DNA of 36,855 nucleotides from Patescibacteria group bacterium (GTDB taxonomy: Bacteria > Patescibacteriota > Gracilibacteria > UM-FILTER-43-11), in the NCBI GenBank assembly GCA_029260985.1, contig JAJDCE010000061.1:1-36855 (forward strand). The letters are read 5' to 3'. Of this stretch, positions 8,946 to 19,245 are shown piece after piece. The first letter of the stretch is position 1. Every line of letters starts with the position of its first letter. Position numbers and translations under genes: made by a program. The notes beneath the pieces are model-generated. The model made no database searches, was not told where the DNA came from, and worked only from the letters and a program-made list of their open reading frames with translations.

Positions 8946-9066
8946 CATTTCAGAATTCGCATTTCTGATTTGGCATTCAATCTTATACTTGAGAATTCTT
9001 ACATTCATTGCTAAATGAATAAATACTAAATGACATTACGAAATCTGAAATCAGAAATACTAAATA
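8946..9066. repeat. oppositely oriented degenerate heptamer arrays (CATTTCA.../...GAAATCT GAAATCA GAAATAC)
   Basis: catttca gaattcg catttct gatttgg at the left; gaaatct gaaatca gaaatac taaat at the right, just before the GTG start. Confidence 0.6.
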
Positions 9067-9072
9067 AATAAC

Positions 9073-9648
9073 GTGGCTCAAACAAAAAAATTAAAAGAAA
9101 GCATCAAACTTCTCATAACCGCCATTTTCGCATTACTAGCTTTGGGCACCGTGGTTTTTAGCTATATTGAAGGTTGGAATTTAGTCGATTCTTTCTACTT
9201 TGTAACCATGACGGCTACCACAGTAGGCTACGGCGATTTCACCCCCACCCATGCACTGAGTAAAATAATCACGGTAATTTATTCTCTGGCCATCATCCCC
9301 TTTATCCTCTACGCCTTCACCGCCATCGCCAAATATGAAGTGGAACGGGTAAATAAACAAATTCATGGAATTGCTCTTAAACAAAAGGAAAATAAAGAAG
9401 AGATAGAAAAAGCAGAACGCAAGCTTCGTGATCAAAAACAACTAATGAAAGAGCAGGAAGAAATTCTGGAAAAACAGGAAAAACAACTTAAAAAACAGGT
9501 TGTAATCAATAAAGAACAGGAGGAAGAACTTGAAGGGCATCAGAAAAAAATCAGAAAGGCGGAAAAAGAACTAAAAGAGCATGATGAAGAACTGGAGGTT
9601 GTAGAGGAGGTTGTAGAGGAGCAAATAGCTAAAAAAATAAAAAAATAA
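9073..9648 (+). CDS. two-TM potassium channel (Ion_trans_2) with long C-terminal coiled coil
   Basis: DSFYFVTMTATTVGYGD selectivity filter; E/K/Q-rich heptad tail. Confidence 0.9.
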   Translation: MAQTKKLKESIKLLITAIFALLALGTVVFSYIEGWNLVDSFYFVTMTATTVGYGDFTPTHALSKIITVIYSLAIIPFILYAFTAIAKYEVERVNKQIHGIALKQKENKEEIEKAERKLRDQKQLMKEQEEILEKQEKQLKKQVVINKEQEEELEGHQKKIRKAEKELKEHDEELEVVEEVVEEQIAKKIKK

Positions 9649-9649
9649 A

Positions 9650-9677
9650 TTGACAACTTTTAAGAAGGCACTATATT
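9650..9677 (+). promoter_or_regulatory. sigma70-type promoter of the acidic-protein gene
   Basis: TTGACA, 16 nt, TATATT. Confidence 0.5.
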
Positions 9678-9872
9678 GTTCTCAGCCAATGTGGAGTTTT
9701 TAGGGTGCTTTTTTGCAGTCCAGACTCCCATTATGATCTTTAGTAGTCCTTTTATAATTGTTGCCCGCTAAAAGCCAGTATTAATATGCTGATTTCTGAC
9801 GGGTAACAATGCTCGTAAACCGCCGCACGATGCGGCAAATGCGTTAACGCGAAAGCACAAGGAGAGATGAGT

Positions 9873-10406
9873 ATGGAGTTAAGCCTATCAATGAAAAGGT
9901 TTCTGGAAAAGGCAAGAGCCTGGCTGCTTCAGGGGATCGATATGATCGACGATCTCCTGGGAGCTAACGAAGCTGCCGACGAAGAAGGTCAGGCTGCTGG
10001 GGATCCACCGTCCGAAGAGCCTGCTCTCGCAGCAGCATCTGAGGAGGCCACAGCACCCGCCGAAGAGCCTGCAGCGGAAGAACCTGCCGTTGAGGAAGCC
10101 GAAGCCGAGGGTGAAGCCGATGATGAAGGCAACACCGAGACCGATGGTGACGGTGAAAGCGACGACGCCGATGGCGACACCGCCGATGGCGACACCGCCG
10201 AGACCGATGAAGGCAAAGGCGGCGGCGAGGCAGAAGAGCCTGATGCCGAGGGCGACGGCGAAAAGTCCGACGACGCTGAGGCCGAAGCCAAAGATGGTGA
10301 AGGCGACAGCAGCAACGATGGTGACGGCGAAGCCGAAGCCGACGCTGCACCCGCCGAAGAAACTGCAGCCGAAAAGGCCGAAGCAGAGGCCGCAACCCCT
10401 GCCTAA
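9873..10406 (+). CDS. acidic low-complexity (A/E/D/G-rich) protein with short N-terminal amphipathic helix
   Basis: ORF-track start is 9867, but the ATG at 9873 lies 7 nt after the SD AAGGAGA (9859-9865). Has its own promoter and terminator and is markedly GC-rich relative to its flanks. Confidence 0.7.
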   Translation: MELSLSMKRFLEKARAWLLQGIDMIDDLLGANEAADEEGQAAGDPPSEEPALAAASEEATAPAEEPAAEEPAVEEAEAEGEADDEGNTETDGDGESDDADGDTADGDTAETDEGKGGGEAEEPDAEGDGEKSDDAEAEAKDGEGDSSNDGDGEAEADAAPAEETAAEKAEAEAATPA

Positions 10407-10458
10407 AAAACAGCGAAAAGGCGCAGGGTCAGCGAGCGAAGGGCGACTAGAACTTATT

Positions 10459-10491
10459 GGGTGCTCCGTGTAACAGCGGGGCCCCTTTTTT
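10459..10491 (+). terminator. intrinsic terminator
   Basis: GGGTGCTCCG-tgtaacag-CGGGGCCCC followed by a T-run. Confidence 0.65.
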
Positions 10492-10513
10492 AAATATAAA
10501 AATTTTACAAACC

Positions 10514-10544
10514 AAAAAATCCAATCGTATCCACAACTGGATTT
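10514..10544 (-). terminator. intrinsic terminator of the 16S transcript
   Basis: Minus strand AATCCAGTTGT-ggat-ACGATTGGATT followed by TTTT. Confidence 0.65.
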
Positions 10545-10687
10545 ACTATTGGATCTGCGATGGAACCTCCATCGGTATTATGTACTAAATGCAGTAAAGA
10601 ATTCTTAGAGTTCACGACCGTATGTAAGTCTCGCCTTGAATTAAACACAAGCTTTAATTCACGATGAGCAAACATTGCTTTCTCCTT

Positions 10688-12152
<1,465 letters not shown>

Positions 12153-12377
12153 AAGTTTGAATTCCGATAAATCGGAATTAATTGTTTTTGCAATTATAAT
12201 TAGCTCTAAGAATATTCGGAATTAAGAAATAGATTCATTTCTGCAAAGAAAATAAATTCTATCTGTTAACCTTACTTTACTGCATTCAAAACATAATTTT
12301 GAATATCGTATAAATTTCGTAGTAATTGTCAAAACCGAAGCCTATATATCGGACAATGACTAATTAAAACGCTTTGT

Positions 12378-12389
12378 TGTTAATGAACA
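12378..12389 (-). promoter_or_regulatory. boxA-like antitermination site in the rRNA leader
   Basis: TGTTCATTAACA versus boxA consensus TGCTCTTTAACA, downstream of the promoter. Confidence 0.5.
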
Positions 12390-12441
12390 AACCGCTTACT
12401 TAAGAGTTAATTTCTGTGTATCTCTCAGTATAAGCAAAAGG

Positions 12442-12470
12442 ATTCTATCGAAGCTGGTAATTGAAGTCAA
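12442..12470 (-). promoter_or_regulatory. 16S rRNA promoter
   Basis: TTGACT, 17 nt, TAGAAT, preceded by a T-rich UP-like tract. Confidence 0.7.
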
Positions 12471-12606
12471 GAAAAAAAACAGGGTTTTTTATAGTATGCT
12501 TTTAAGTAAAATTACAATTATGTCAATTTATCGGACAAAAAGCTAAACTCTAAAAATTTGCGAACTAATTTAATCATTAGACTCTAAGTAGAATGCAGAG
12601 TATAAT

Positions 12607-13797
12607 ATGACAAACCAAAATAAAATGACGATTCTGCTCACCATCACCATCGCTTTATTTGTCACGTTTGTGGGTTCCCGAGTTGCCTCTTATTTTAAAT
12701 ACCCCCCAATTCTTGGACAATTCATCGCCAGTCTGCTTTTAGCCATACCCATCGTCAAAACCACAGTTTTCACTAAAGAATCACTGGAAGTGATTAAGAT
12801 CTTTTCAGAATTAGCTGTTATTTTCCTGCTCCTGCTTACAGGCCTAAAATCAAATGTTGAACGCATCAATCAAAGTAAAAAAGATGTAATCCTGATTGCC
12901 GCCTTCGGCTTCCTGACGCCCATGATTTTAGGCATCGCTGTCGGCCTACTGTTGGGCTTTAACCTAACAGTAAGCTTTATACTGGGTGTTAGCCTTTCTA
13001 TTACAGCTGAAGGAACTAACCTTGCGATTCTGCTTCAGCTCAAAAAGCTGAGAACCAAAGTAGGCTCAATCGTTATCAGCGCCGGAATGATCAACGATGT
13101 ATTCGGTGTTATTTTTCTATCCTTTATTCTCGTTTTGGCTCACAAAAATGGATTGGAGAGCTTGGCCCTTTTCCCCGTTAAACTCATTGCTTTTATAGGG
13201 ATCATCTGGATCGCCTCCATTTTAATTCCAAAGGCTCTCAGGTATTTAGAAGAGCAAAAAAAAGAAGTAGCTATGTTCAACCTGGTTATCTTGGTAGCCT
13301 TGATGCTGGCGATCCTCTCAGAGCTCCTCAGCTTAAGTTCTATTGTCGGTGCCTTCATCGCCGGTGTTATTCTGCAGAACTCATTTGAACTGAAGCGGGA
13401 TGAAAAACACGAAGAGCACGAAATTGAGACCTTATTATTTGGTATTATTATCCCATTTTTCTTCATCAATATCGCTCTCAACTTCGATTTCACCAGTCTA
13501 ACTGACTACCCCCTTCTCATCCTTATTGTATTAGTAACCGCCATCGTCGGGAAATTACTAGGAGTCTTACTCACTAAACCGTTCACAAAACTAAAATGGA
13601 AGAAGCTCTATTTGATTGGATGGGAAATGAATTCCCGGGGAATGATTGAATTGATCATCGCTAATATCGCCCTCACTGCAGGACTCATTTCAACCCCACT
13701 CTATTCAGCCATCGTATTTACCGCCATAGTCACTTCCCTGATTTCCCCCTTCATTATTCGTGGTATGATCAAACGCCATCCGCGTATTATGGGCTAA
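12607..13797 (+). CDS. cation:proton antiporter (CPA2, NapA-like)
   Basis: About 12 hydrophobic segments; LSIT, MIND, GAFIAG, PFFF, GKLLG and SRG.E motifs. Confidence 0.88.
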   Translation: MTNQNKMTILLTITIALFVTFVGSRVASYFKYPPILGQFIASLLLAIPIVKTTVFTKESLEVIKIFSELAVIFLLLLTGLKSNVERINQSKKDVILIAAFGFLTPMILGIAVGLLLGFNLTVSFILGVSLSITAEGTNLAILLQLKKLRTKVGSIVISAGMINDVFGVIFLSFILVLAHKNGLESLALFPVKLIAFIGIIWIASILIPKALRYLEEQKKEVAMFNLVILVALMLAILSELLSLSSIVGAFIAGVILQNSFELKRDEKHEEHEIETLLFGIIIPFFFINIALNFDFTSLTDYPLLILIVLVTAIVGKLLGVLLTKPFTKLKWKKLYLIGWEMNSRGMIELIIANIALTAGLISTPLYSAIVFTAIVTSLISPFIIRGMIKRHPRIMG

Positions 13798-13872
13798 CCA
13801 CCATCTATTTTCTATTTGGCTATCTGCTGTCAAAAAATAGCGATTAACAAATAGAAAATAGCAAATAATATT

Positions 13873-14094
13873 ATGACCCTTATTCAAAACCTGACCGCCA
13901 CCGAAATCAGCCTCCTCATTCCTATGCTCATCTGGACGTTAATCTGGAAAGGAATCGCCCTATGGAAATGCGGAAGAAACAATCAACTCTATTGGTTCAT
14001 TGCTATTCTCATCCTAAACACTTTAGGTGTCTTGGATATTACTTACTTCATTTGGTTTCAGAAGAAAACAAAAACTAAGAGACTATCAAAGTAG
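13873..14094 (+). CDS. small membrane protein, DUF5652-like (CPR-typical)
   Basis: WTLIWKGIALWK...NQLYWFIAILILNTLGVL pattern. Confidence 0.7.
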   Translation: MTLIQNLTATEISLLIPMLIWTLIWKGIALWKCGRNNQLYWFIAILILNTLGVLDITYFIWFQKKTKTKRLSK

Positions 14095-14106
14095 TAGTTA
14101 AAAAAC

Positions 14107-14760
14107 CTACTTATCCCCCTTAGATGCCTCAGCTTCTACTACCTTAAATTTAAAACCCCCTTTACTTGCATCATCCACAACTTCCATTCTAAGCAATGTA
14201 CCAGTAGGGCTTTCTAAATATACTAATCTGTCCGGCCAGTAATTAATAACATCCAGATCTCCGGGAACTATCGTCAGCCCTATATCTGCATGTCGCTCAA
14301 AAGCAATACCACCAGACATTAACTGAGAATATTGCTCAGGCGTTAATTTTATAGGATTAATTTTATCATCTACCTCAGCAAGTTCTCGTCTACAATGATC
14401 AACAAATTCTTTCTGACTGCCAAAAGAAACTGAATTACCATTATTAATGACCGATTGCATCTGTCCAAAAAAACCTTGCCCCATATCCACACTTTCTGCA
14501 GGCTTTACTGCCTGAGAAGGTTCAGATACAGCATGTAATGCAGCTTTTTGCCCCTGCGCCAACCCTATAAGCTCATCTAAAGCCTTGGGATTTTCCAAGC
14601 CTTCAATATACTCTCTTACATGAGCAGGTACTAAATCGACTAACGTACTACCGACATCAAGCCTTGTTTGGGGTATATTGTCAGCTGCATCCTCATCTAA
14701 AATCCCATTAGCCTCCACAACAACATCGCCAAGCCTCTTTGGTTTTTCTCTGTCAGACAT
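14107..14760 (-). CDS. hypothetical protein
   Basis: 217-aa ORF preceded by an AT-rich TTGACA/TATAAT region; no recognised motif. Confidence 0.6.
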   Translation of the reverse strand: MSDREKPKRLGDVVVEANGILDEDAADNIPQTRLDVGSTLVDLVPAHVREYIEGLENPKALDELIGLAQGQKAALHAVSEPSQAVKPAESVDMGQGFFGQMQSVINNGNSVSFGSQKEFVDHCRRELAEVDDKINPIKLTPEQYSQLMSGGIAFERHADIGLTIVPGDLDVINYWPDRLVYLESPTGTLLRMEVVDDASKGGFKFKVVEAEASKGDK

Positions 14761-14825
14761 AATTAAAAGTATACTTAATATTATTGATAACTATAGTATA
14801 ATTATAATATTAATTAACTATATTG

Positions 14826-16721
14826 TCAACTAAAAACCCTCTCTAAGCTATCCCCCACCACCTTACCCGTCGTATTATCCCAAACATAGTCGGCATATCT
14901 AAGGTATAAATCACGTCGCTCCTGCCATATATCGTGAATTTCGGATATTGCCCCCTCACCCGTTAAACTAGGCCGTGTATTCGAATGTTTTTCAACACGT
15001 TCAGCCAAAACATTTGGATCAGCAAATATAAAAACATTCACTCCGTTTTTCTTCAAATTCTTCATATTTTCCTCATCCATCACAACCCCACCACCCGTAG
15101 CAATCACCAAGCCAGATTGATCAGCAAATTCCTGACACACCCGACTTTCTAATTTGCGAAAATGATCCCAACTTTTCTGCTCCACAATCTGATTAATAGA
15201 AAGTCCTGCCACCTTCTCAGTCTCATGATCCAGATCCACAAATGGTCGTTTAAGCAATTTAGCTATTTTCTTGCCGTGTCGCGTCTTTCCACTGCATCGC
15301 ATCCCCGTAAGTACCAAATTCTTATTTCCGAGCTTTATAGGCTTTGATAAATACATCCTCTCCAAGTCTTCCCAGAACTCTGGATAGGTTTTATCAGTAC
15401 ACCCAGGGTTTTCGATTCGGATTCCGGGTATTTTAGTCCCCACAACCGCAAAACACATTGCCATCCTGTGATCGTTATATGTATTAATCAAAACCTTCCC
15501 CTTGCCTTGAAGGCTGGATTGGCCAATCCAGCCTTCGGTACGAAGGGTATCGTTTGTTGTTTTCACCTTCACACCGATCTTCCCCAACTCTTTCTCCAAT
15601 GCGGCAAGTCGGTCGGTTTCCTTAATCCGTAAAGTTGATAAACCAGTAATCTTAATTTGACCTTTTATAAACGGAACCGTGCATGCCAATGTCATCGCAA
15701 CATCCGGCATATCTTCCATATCAATTTCGAGCTTTGAATTCAGATTTTTGAGATTTTTTAGAATAAAACCGTATCTCTCGTCACCTTGAATACTTTTTTT
15801 ATTCAACTTTTCAGTTTTAACTGAATTTAAAGCCAAATTCTCTTTATGAACAAGTTTTTTACTCAAACTTGGCGTCAAAAGGTTCGAAAATCCGACCTTT
15901 CCATCATGCAGATAAGCCATCGAAATCCAGTAACTGGACGCCGACGCATCACCTTCAATCCAATAATCACAAGCTTTGTAAGTTTGAGGTTTGATCTCAA
16001 AAGATCGGTAATTATTATTCTTAACCTTAACTCCAAAAGCCTTCATCACCTCAATAGTCGTATCAATATAGGGTTTACTCACCAATTCCCCTATCACCTC
16101 TATCTTAAGTGGTTTTGGCAGTAACGGCCCAAGCATTAGAAGTGCCGAGAAATACTGACTACTCTTATCCCCCTTCATCTGAACCGCAAGCTTAGTCCTT
16201 AGCCTGCCTGTCCGGTAGGCAGGTCCATAGTCCTTAGTCCTAATTATTTTAAGAGGTGGATAACCGGTTTTATTTAAATATTCAACCTGAACGCCAATCT
16301 GCCGTAAACCTTCCACCAAGTCCTTTATTGGTCGCTCCTGCATGCGCCTATCACCCGTAATGGTAGTTGTACCCTCCCTAATAGCCATAACGGCCGTTAA
16401 AAAGCGTGTAGCCGTCCCAGCATTATGCAGATCAAACATAAAATCCCCTTTCTCAAACCTTCCCCCACATCCTTCAATCCCTATTCCATTTCTTAATTCA
16501 CCTGTACTGAGCACGGTCGAAGTATAACTCTTAATTTTTAATTGCCGTAAGGCTTTCAGCATTACGACCGTATCATCCGATTCCAAAGCCCCATACAGCC
16601 CACTCTTCCCTTTCGCCAAAGCCGCACACAAAAAAGCACGATTGGTAATAGACTTGGATCCCGGCAGGGTAAGGAAAAAATCCAAGCTTTGCTTCAGTGG
16701 AATAACTTCTCTAAATTTCAT
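14826..16721 (-). CDS. aroA: EPSP synthase (AroA) fused to C-terminal shikimate kinase (AroK)
   Basis: PGSKSITNR, NAGTATRF, RPI..L, SSQYFSALL, IEGDASSASY, LRIKETDR, YNDHRMAM and KTYPEFW. These are followed by LTGMRCSGKT, FVDLD, FRKLE, IATGGG, RPSL and R..LY (shikimate kinase). Confidence 0.93.
   Translation of the reverse strand: MKFREVIPLKQSLDFFLTLPGSKSITNRAFLCAALAKGKSGLYGALESDDTVVMLKALRQLKIKSYTSTVLSTGELRNGIGIEGCGGRFEKGDFMFDLHNAGTATRFLTAVMAIREGTTTITGDRRMQERPIKDLVEGLRQIGVQVEYLNKTGYPPLKIIRTKDYGPAYRTGRLRTKLAVQMKGDKSSQYFSALLMLGPLLPKPLKIEVIGELVSKPYIDTTIEVMKAFGVKVKNNNYRSFEIKPQTYKACDYWIEGDASASSYWISMAYLHDGKVGFSNLLTPSLSKKLVHKENLALNSVKTEKLNKKSIQGDERYGFILKNLKNLNSKLEIDMEDMPDVAMTLACTVPFIKGQIKITGLSTLRIKETDRLAALEKELGKIGVKVKTTNDTLRTEGWIGQSSLQGKGKVLINTYNDHRMAMCFAVVGTKIPGIRIENPGCTDKTYPEFWEDLERMYLSKPIKLGNKNLVLTGMRCSGKTRHGKKIAKLLKRPFVDLDHETEKVAGLSINQIVEQKSWDHFRKLESRVCQEFADQSGLVIATGGGVVMDEENMKNLKKNGVNVFIFADPNVLAERVEKHSNTRPSLTGEGAISEIHDIWQERRDLYLRYADYVWDNTTGKVVGDSLERVFS
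16191..16243. repeat. CTTAGTC heptamer array with nested 21-nt palindrome CCTGCCT-GTCCGGT-AGGCAGG, in-frame inside aroA
   Basis: Removing 16203-16223 restores cttagtc cttagtc catagtc cttagtc. The region encodes RTKDYGPAYRTGRLRTK. Confidence 0.8.
16493..16544. repeat. TTAATT(C/T/G) heptamer array with nested 24-nt element CCTGTACTGAGCACGGTCGAAGTA, in-frame inside aroA
   Basis: Removing 16501-16524 restores ttaattc ataactc ttaattt ttaattg. The region encodes QLKIKSYTSTVLSTGELR. Confidence 0.75.
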
Positions 16722-16727
16722 AAAGGA

Positions 16728-16838
16728 CTATCCGCTAAGACCAGCTAAAAGCGGTGCAAACGAAGTGAGCAATAAGGTAGCAATCGCAGCGATCACCACA
16801 AACTTAATTAGTTTTTTTTGTCGGTCTCGACGATTCAT
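16728..16838 (-). CDS. 36-aa small membrane protein (not in the ORF track)
   Basis: MNRRDRQKKLIKFVVIAAIATLLLTSFAPLLAGLSG: basic N-terminus plus one TM. It fills the gap between the PKD gene and aroA on the same strand. Confidence 0.6.
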   Translation of the reverse strand: MNRRDRQKKLIKFVVIAAIATLLLTSFAPLLAGLSG

Positions 16839-16852
16839 AGTGTAAACGTTAA

Positions 16853-19108
16853 TTACTGTAATTCACCCTTAGCAACAATCACATCACTAAATGAGTGTAC
16901 ATTATTTTTATCATCTGTTACCTCCAATGTCACGCTATAAGTCCCAGGATTTTCAAAAGTATGAGAAGGTTTTCGACTATCACTCGTCTCCCCATCTCCA
17001 AAATCCCAACTATACTCACTCACCGCGCCGGTAGAACATTTAGAATCAAAAGTGACCGCTAAAGGAGCATTGCCTTCTTTTCGACTTGGCTCAAAACAAG
17101 CCCTGAGGGGAATTTCACGCACATAAATCGTTTGAATGGTTTCTGCGGACTCATTGTTATCCGTAGTTATTTTCAGCGTCACCTCGTAAGTTCCTACATT
17201 GTCGTATTTATGAGAAATTCGGGCGCTTGTAATGGATTTAGGCGACTCATCGCCAAAGTCCCATTCATAGCTCACAATACTGCCCTTATAAGCGCTAGAG
17301 GCAGAGCCGTCAAAGTTAACCGTAAGCGGAGCTGTCCCCTCTCCCGGATCAGCTGAAATAGACGCCTTTACGCCAGGCTCTTCAACGGTAACGGCAAGCA
17401 TAGTATTGTGCTTCTGATCCTCAGAATCTTTCACGGTAAGCGTTACCGTATAAGTACCCGCTTCTTCGTAAGTGTAATCAACTTTCTGACCCACCTGAGT
17501 CGCATCCTCTCGTCCAAAATCCCAGTTATACTCCACAATATCATCATCAGAATCAGTAGAAGTAGAGGCATCAAATGAAATCTTAAGGGGAAGTTCACCG
17601 GACAATGTTCCTTCAGCAGTTGCTGCCGGAGTAGTTGTGATGCGGGCTTCCGGAACAGAAGAGATAGAACTGGTTTCTACATCCACCGATACTACAGCCT
17701 CATTGCCGGTATCTTCAGTAACAGTAAGGGTAACCTTATAAGATCCTGGATTGCTGTAAACATGAGAAACTGATTTGCCTTTTGAAACCTGCGAACCATC
17801 TCCAAAATCCCATTTATAGCCAGTGATTGAACCTTTTAAACTTTTGCTCTTCTCCCCATCAAACCGCACCTGAAATGGAATAACACCGGTTAACCCTGGA
17901 GTCGCCTCAATATCAGCGCTCAGCAATGGCTGACCTGCCTTAGTGATTTCAACATCCCGGTAAAAATTCTTAACTAAGTTCTGCTCATCCACAAAACGAA
18001 GGTGAACTGCAAATGTGCCTATCTGTTCAAATTTATGAGAAGGCTTAAGATTGTCTTTACCAGTCAATTCATAAATACCATCACCATCAAAATCCCAGTC
18101 GAGACTTTTTACTTTAGCCCCCTGAGGAATCAAATTACTGGCATCAAATTGAACCTCAAGTGGCGCCGTGCCACTTGCGGGACTCGCTTCAAACAGGGCG
18201 TCTTCAATCGAAAGTAGATAATTATACTGCCGACGAGCGTCTTCACCTGTAATCGTTACTTCCACCCCTACATTATAATTACCTTGTAAATTATAGAGAT
18301 AGGAGATTTCAAGATCAGTGGCTGGAGTATTAAACGAACCGTCCCCTTCAAAATCCCAATTAAGAGCCGTGACTTGAAGTTTACTATTTTGAAGAGATTT
18401 TACGATATTCTCAGCGCTAAAAGTAACTTCAAGCGGAGCCTTAAGACCAGTCAATTCAGTGGGTTTGACCACGGTGATCTCAGCCAGCACTTTTTCAGCA
18501 GCAATTTCAATCTTACCGATAAAATTGTAGAGAAATAACCAGATAAACATCACAAGAATCATGGGAAGAACACCTACCAAAGTCATCTTTATGCCGCTCT
18601 TTTTAGCATCCTTATCTCCTTTCTTGGCAAAAAGAATTTTAAACACACCAATAACGGAGAGGACAAAGAAAAGGAGAGCCAGCAAGCCAAATGAGAGATT
18701 TACAATGGTTAAAAGAAAACGCTTTATGCCCGCCGCATCAATACCAAACGTGGCCAAAATAGGACTTTGCTCCCCGCCCGCAGCAATCACCAGCACCATC
18801 AGTACCACAAACACAACAAACAGACCTGCTAAACTCAAACCAATAATTGAAAGAAATTTGGCATTGCTCTTACGCTTCGCATTCTCCTTTCCGATTTTTG
18901 TTGGCGCAGGAGCAGGGGGTGGGGCAGGCTTAGTTTCTTCTGCACCTCCAGAGGGCTTGGGAGCAATGGGCTGCGCTTCGGAAGAGGGTTGATTAGCCTG
19001 AACAGTCTCAGCCTCAGGAGAAACTTGAGGTTGGTTTTCTGCAGGAACACCCTGAGAATTCTGACCTTCAGGCTGCTGCACATCATTTGGTAGATTTTCG
19101 TCTGACAT
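16853..19108 (-). CDS. membrane-anchored multi-PKD-domain protein
   Basis: Pro/Gln-rich N-terminus and 3 TM segments, then about six PKD repeats (G.APL.V.FD, WDFGDG, Y...G.Y.VTL.V.D). Confidence 0.88.
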   Translation of the reverse strand: MSDENLPNDVQQPEGQNSQGVPAENQPQVSPEAETVQANQPSSEAQPIAPKPSGGAEETKPAPPPAPAPTKIGKENAKRKSNAKFLSIIGLSLAGLFVVFVVLMVLVIAAGGEQSPILATFGIDAAGIKRFLLTIVNLSFGLLALLFFVLSVIGVFKILFAKKGDKDAKKSGIKMTLVGVLPMILVMFIWLFLYNFIGKIEIAAEKVLAEITVVKPTELTGLKAPLEVTFSAENIVKSLQNSKLQVTALNWDFEGDGSFNTPATDLEISYLYNLQGNYNVGVEVTITGEDARRQYNYLLSIEDALFEASPASGTAPLEVQFDASNLIPQGAKVKSLDWDFDGDGIYELTGKDNLKPSHKFEQIGTFAVHLRFVDEQNLVKNFYRDVEITKAGQPLLSADIEATPGLTGVIPFQVRFDGEKSKSLKGSITGYKWDFGDGSQVSKGKSVSHVYSNPGSYKVTLTVTEDTGNEAVVSVDVETSSISSVPEARITTTPAATAEGTLSGELPLKISFDASTSTDSDDDIVEYNWDFGREDATQVGQKVDYTYEEAGTYTVTLTVKDSEDQKHNTMLAVTVEEPGVKASISADPGEGTAPLTVNFDGSASSAYKGSIVSYEWDFGDESPKSITSARISHKYDNVGTYEVTLKITTDNNESAETIQTIYVREIPLRACFEPSRKEGNAPLAVTFDSKCSTGAVSEYSWDFGDGETSDSRKPSHTFENPGTYSVTLEVTDDKNNVHSFSDVIVAKGELQ

Positions 19109-19163
19109 TTTATTTTATTTTAAGTCGAAAATATTTTATCATAATACTAGACTTTTCAACAAG

Positions 19164-19245
19164 CTTAGTCCGCCTGCACTGAGCGCAACCGAAGTATAGT
19201 CCCTAGTCCCTAGTCCCTAGTCCTTAGTCCTTAGTCCTTAGTCCC
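19164..19245. repeat. C(C/T)TAGTC heptamer array (about 8 units) with nested 24-nt element CCTGCACTGAGCGCAACCGAAGTA
   Basis: Removing 19173-19196 restores the heptamer register. The array ends directly at the TTG start at 19246. Confidence 0.85.

Noticed and set aside
9964..10473. Alternative-frame and antisense ORFs (Arg-rich 143 aa, Ser-rich 108 aa, Pro/Lys-rich 127 aa)
   Set aside because: They are shadows of the GC-rich repetitive gene. Promoter, SD and terminator all support the 9873..10406 frame.
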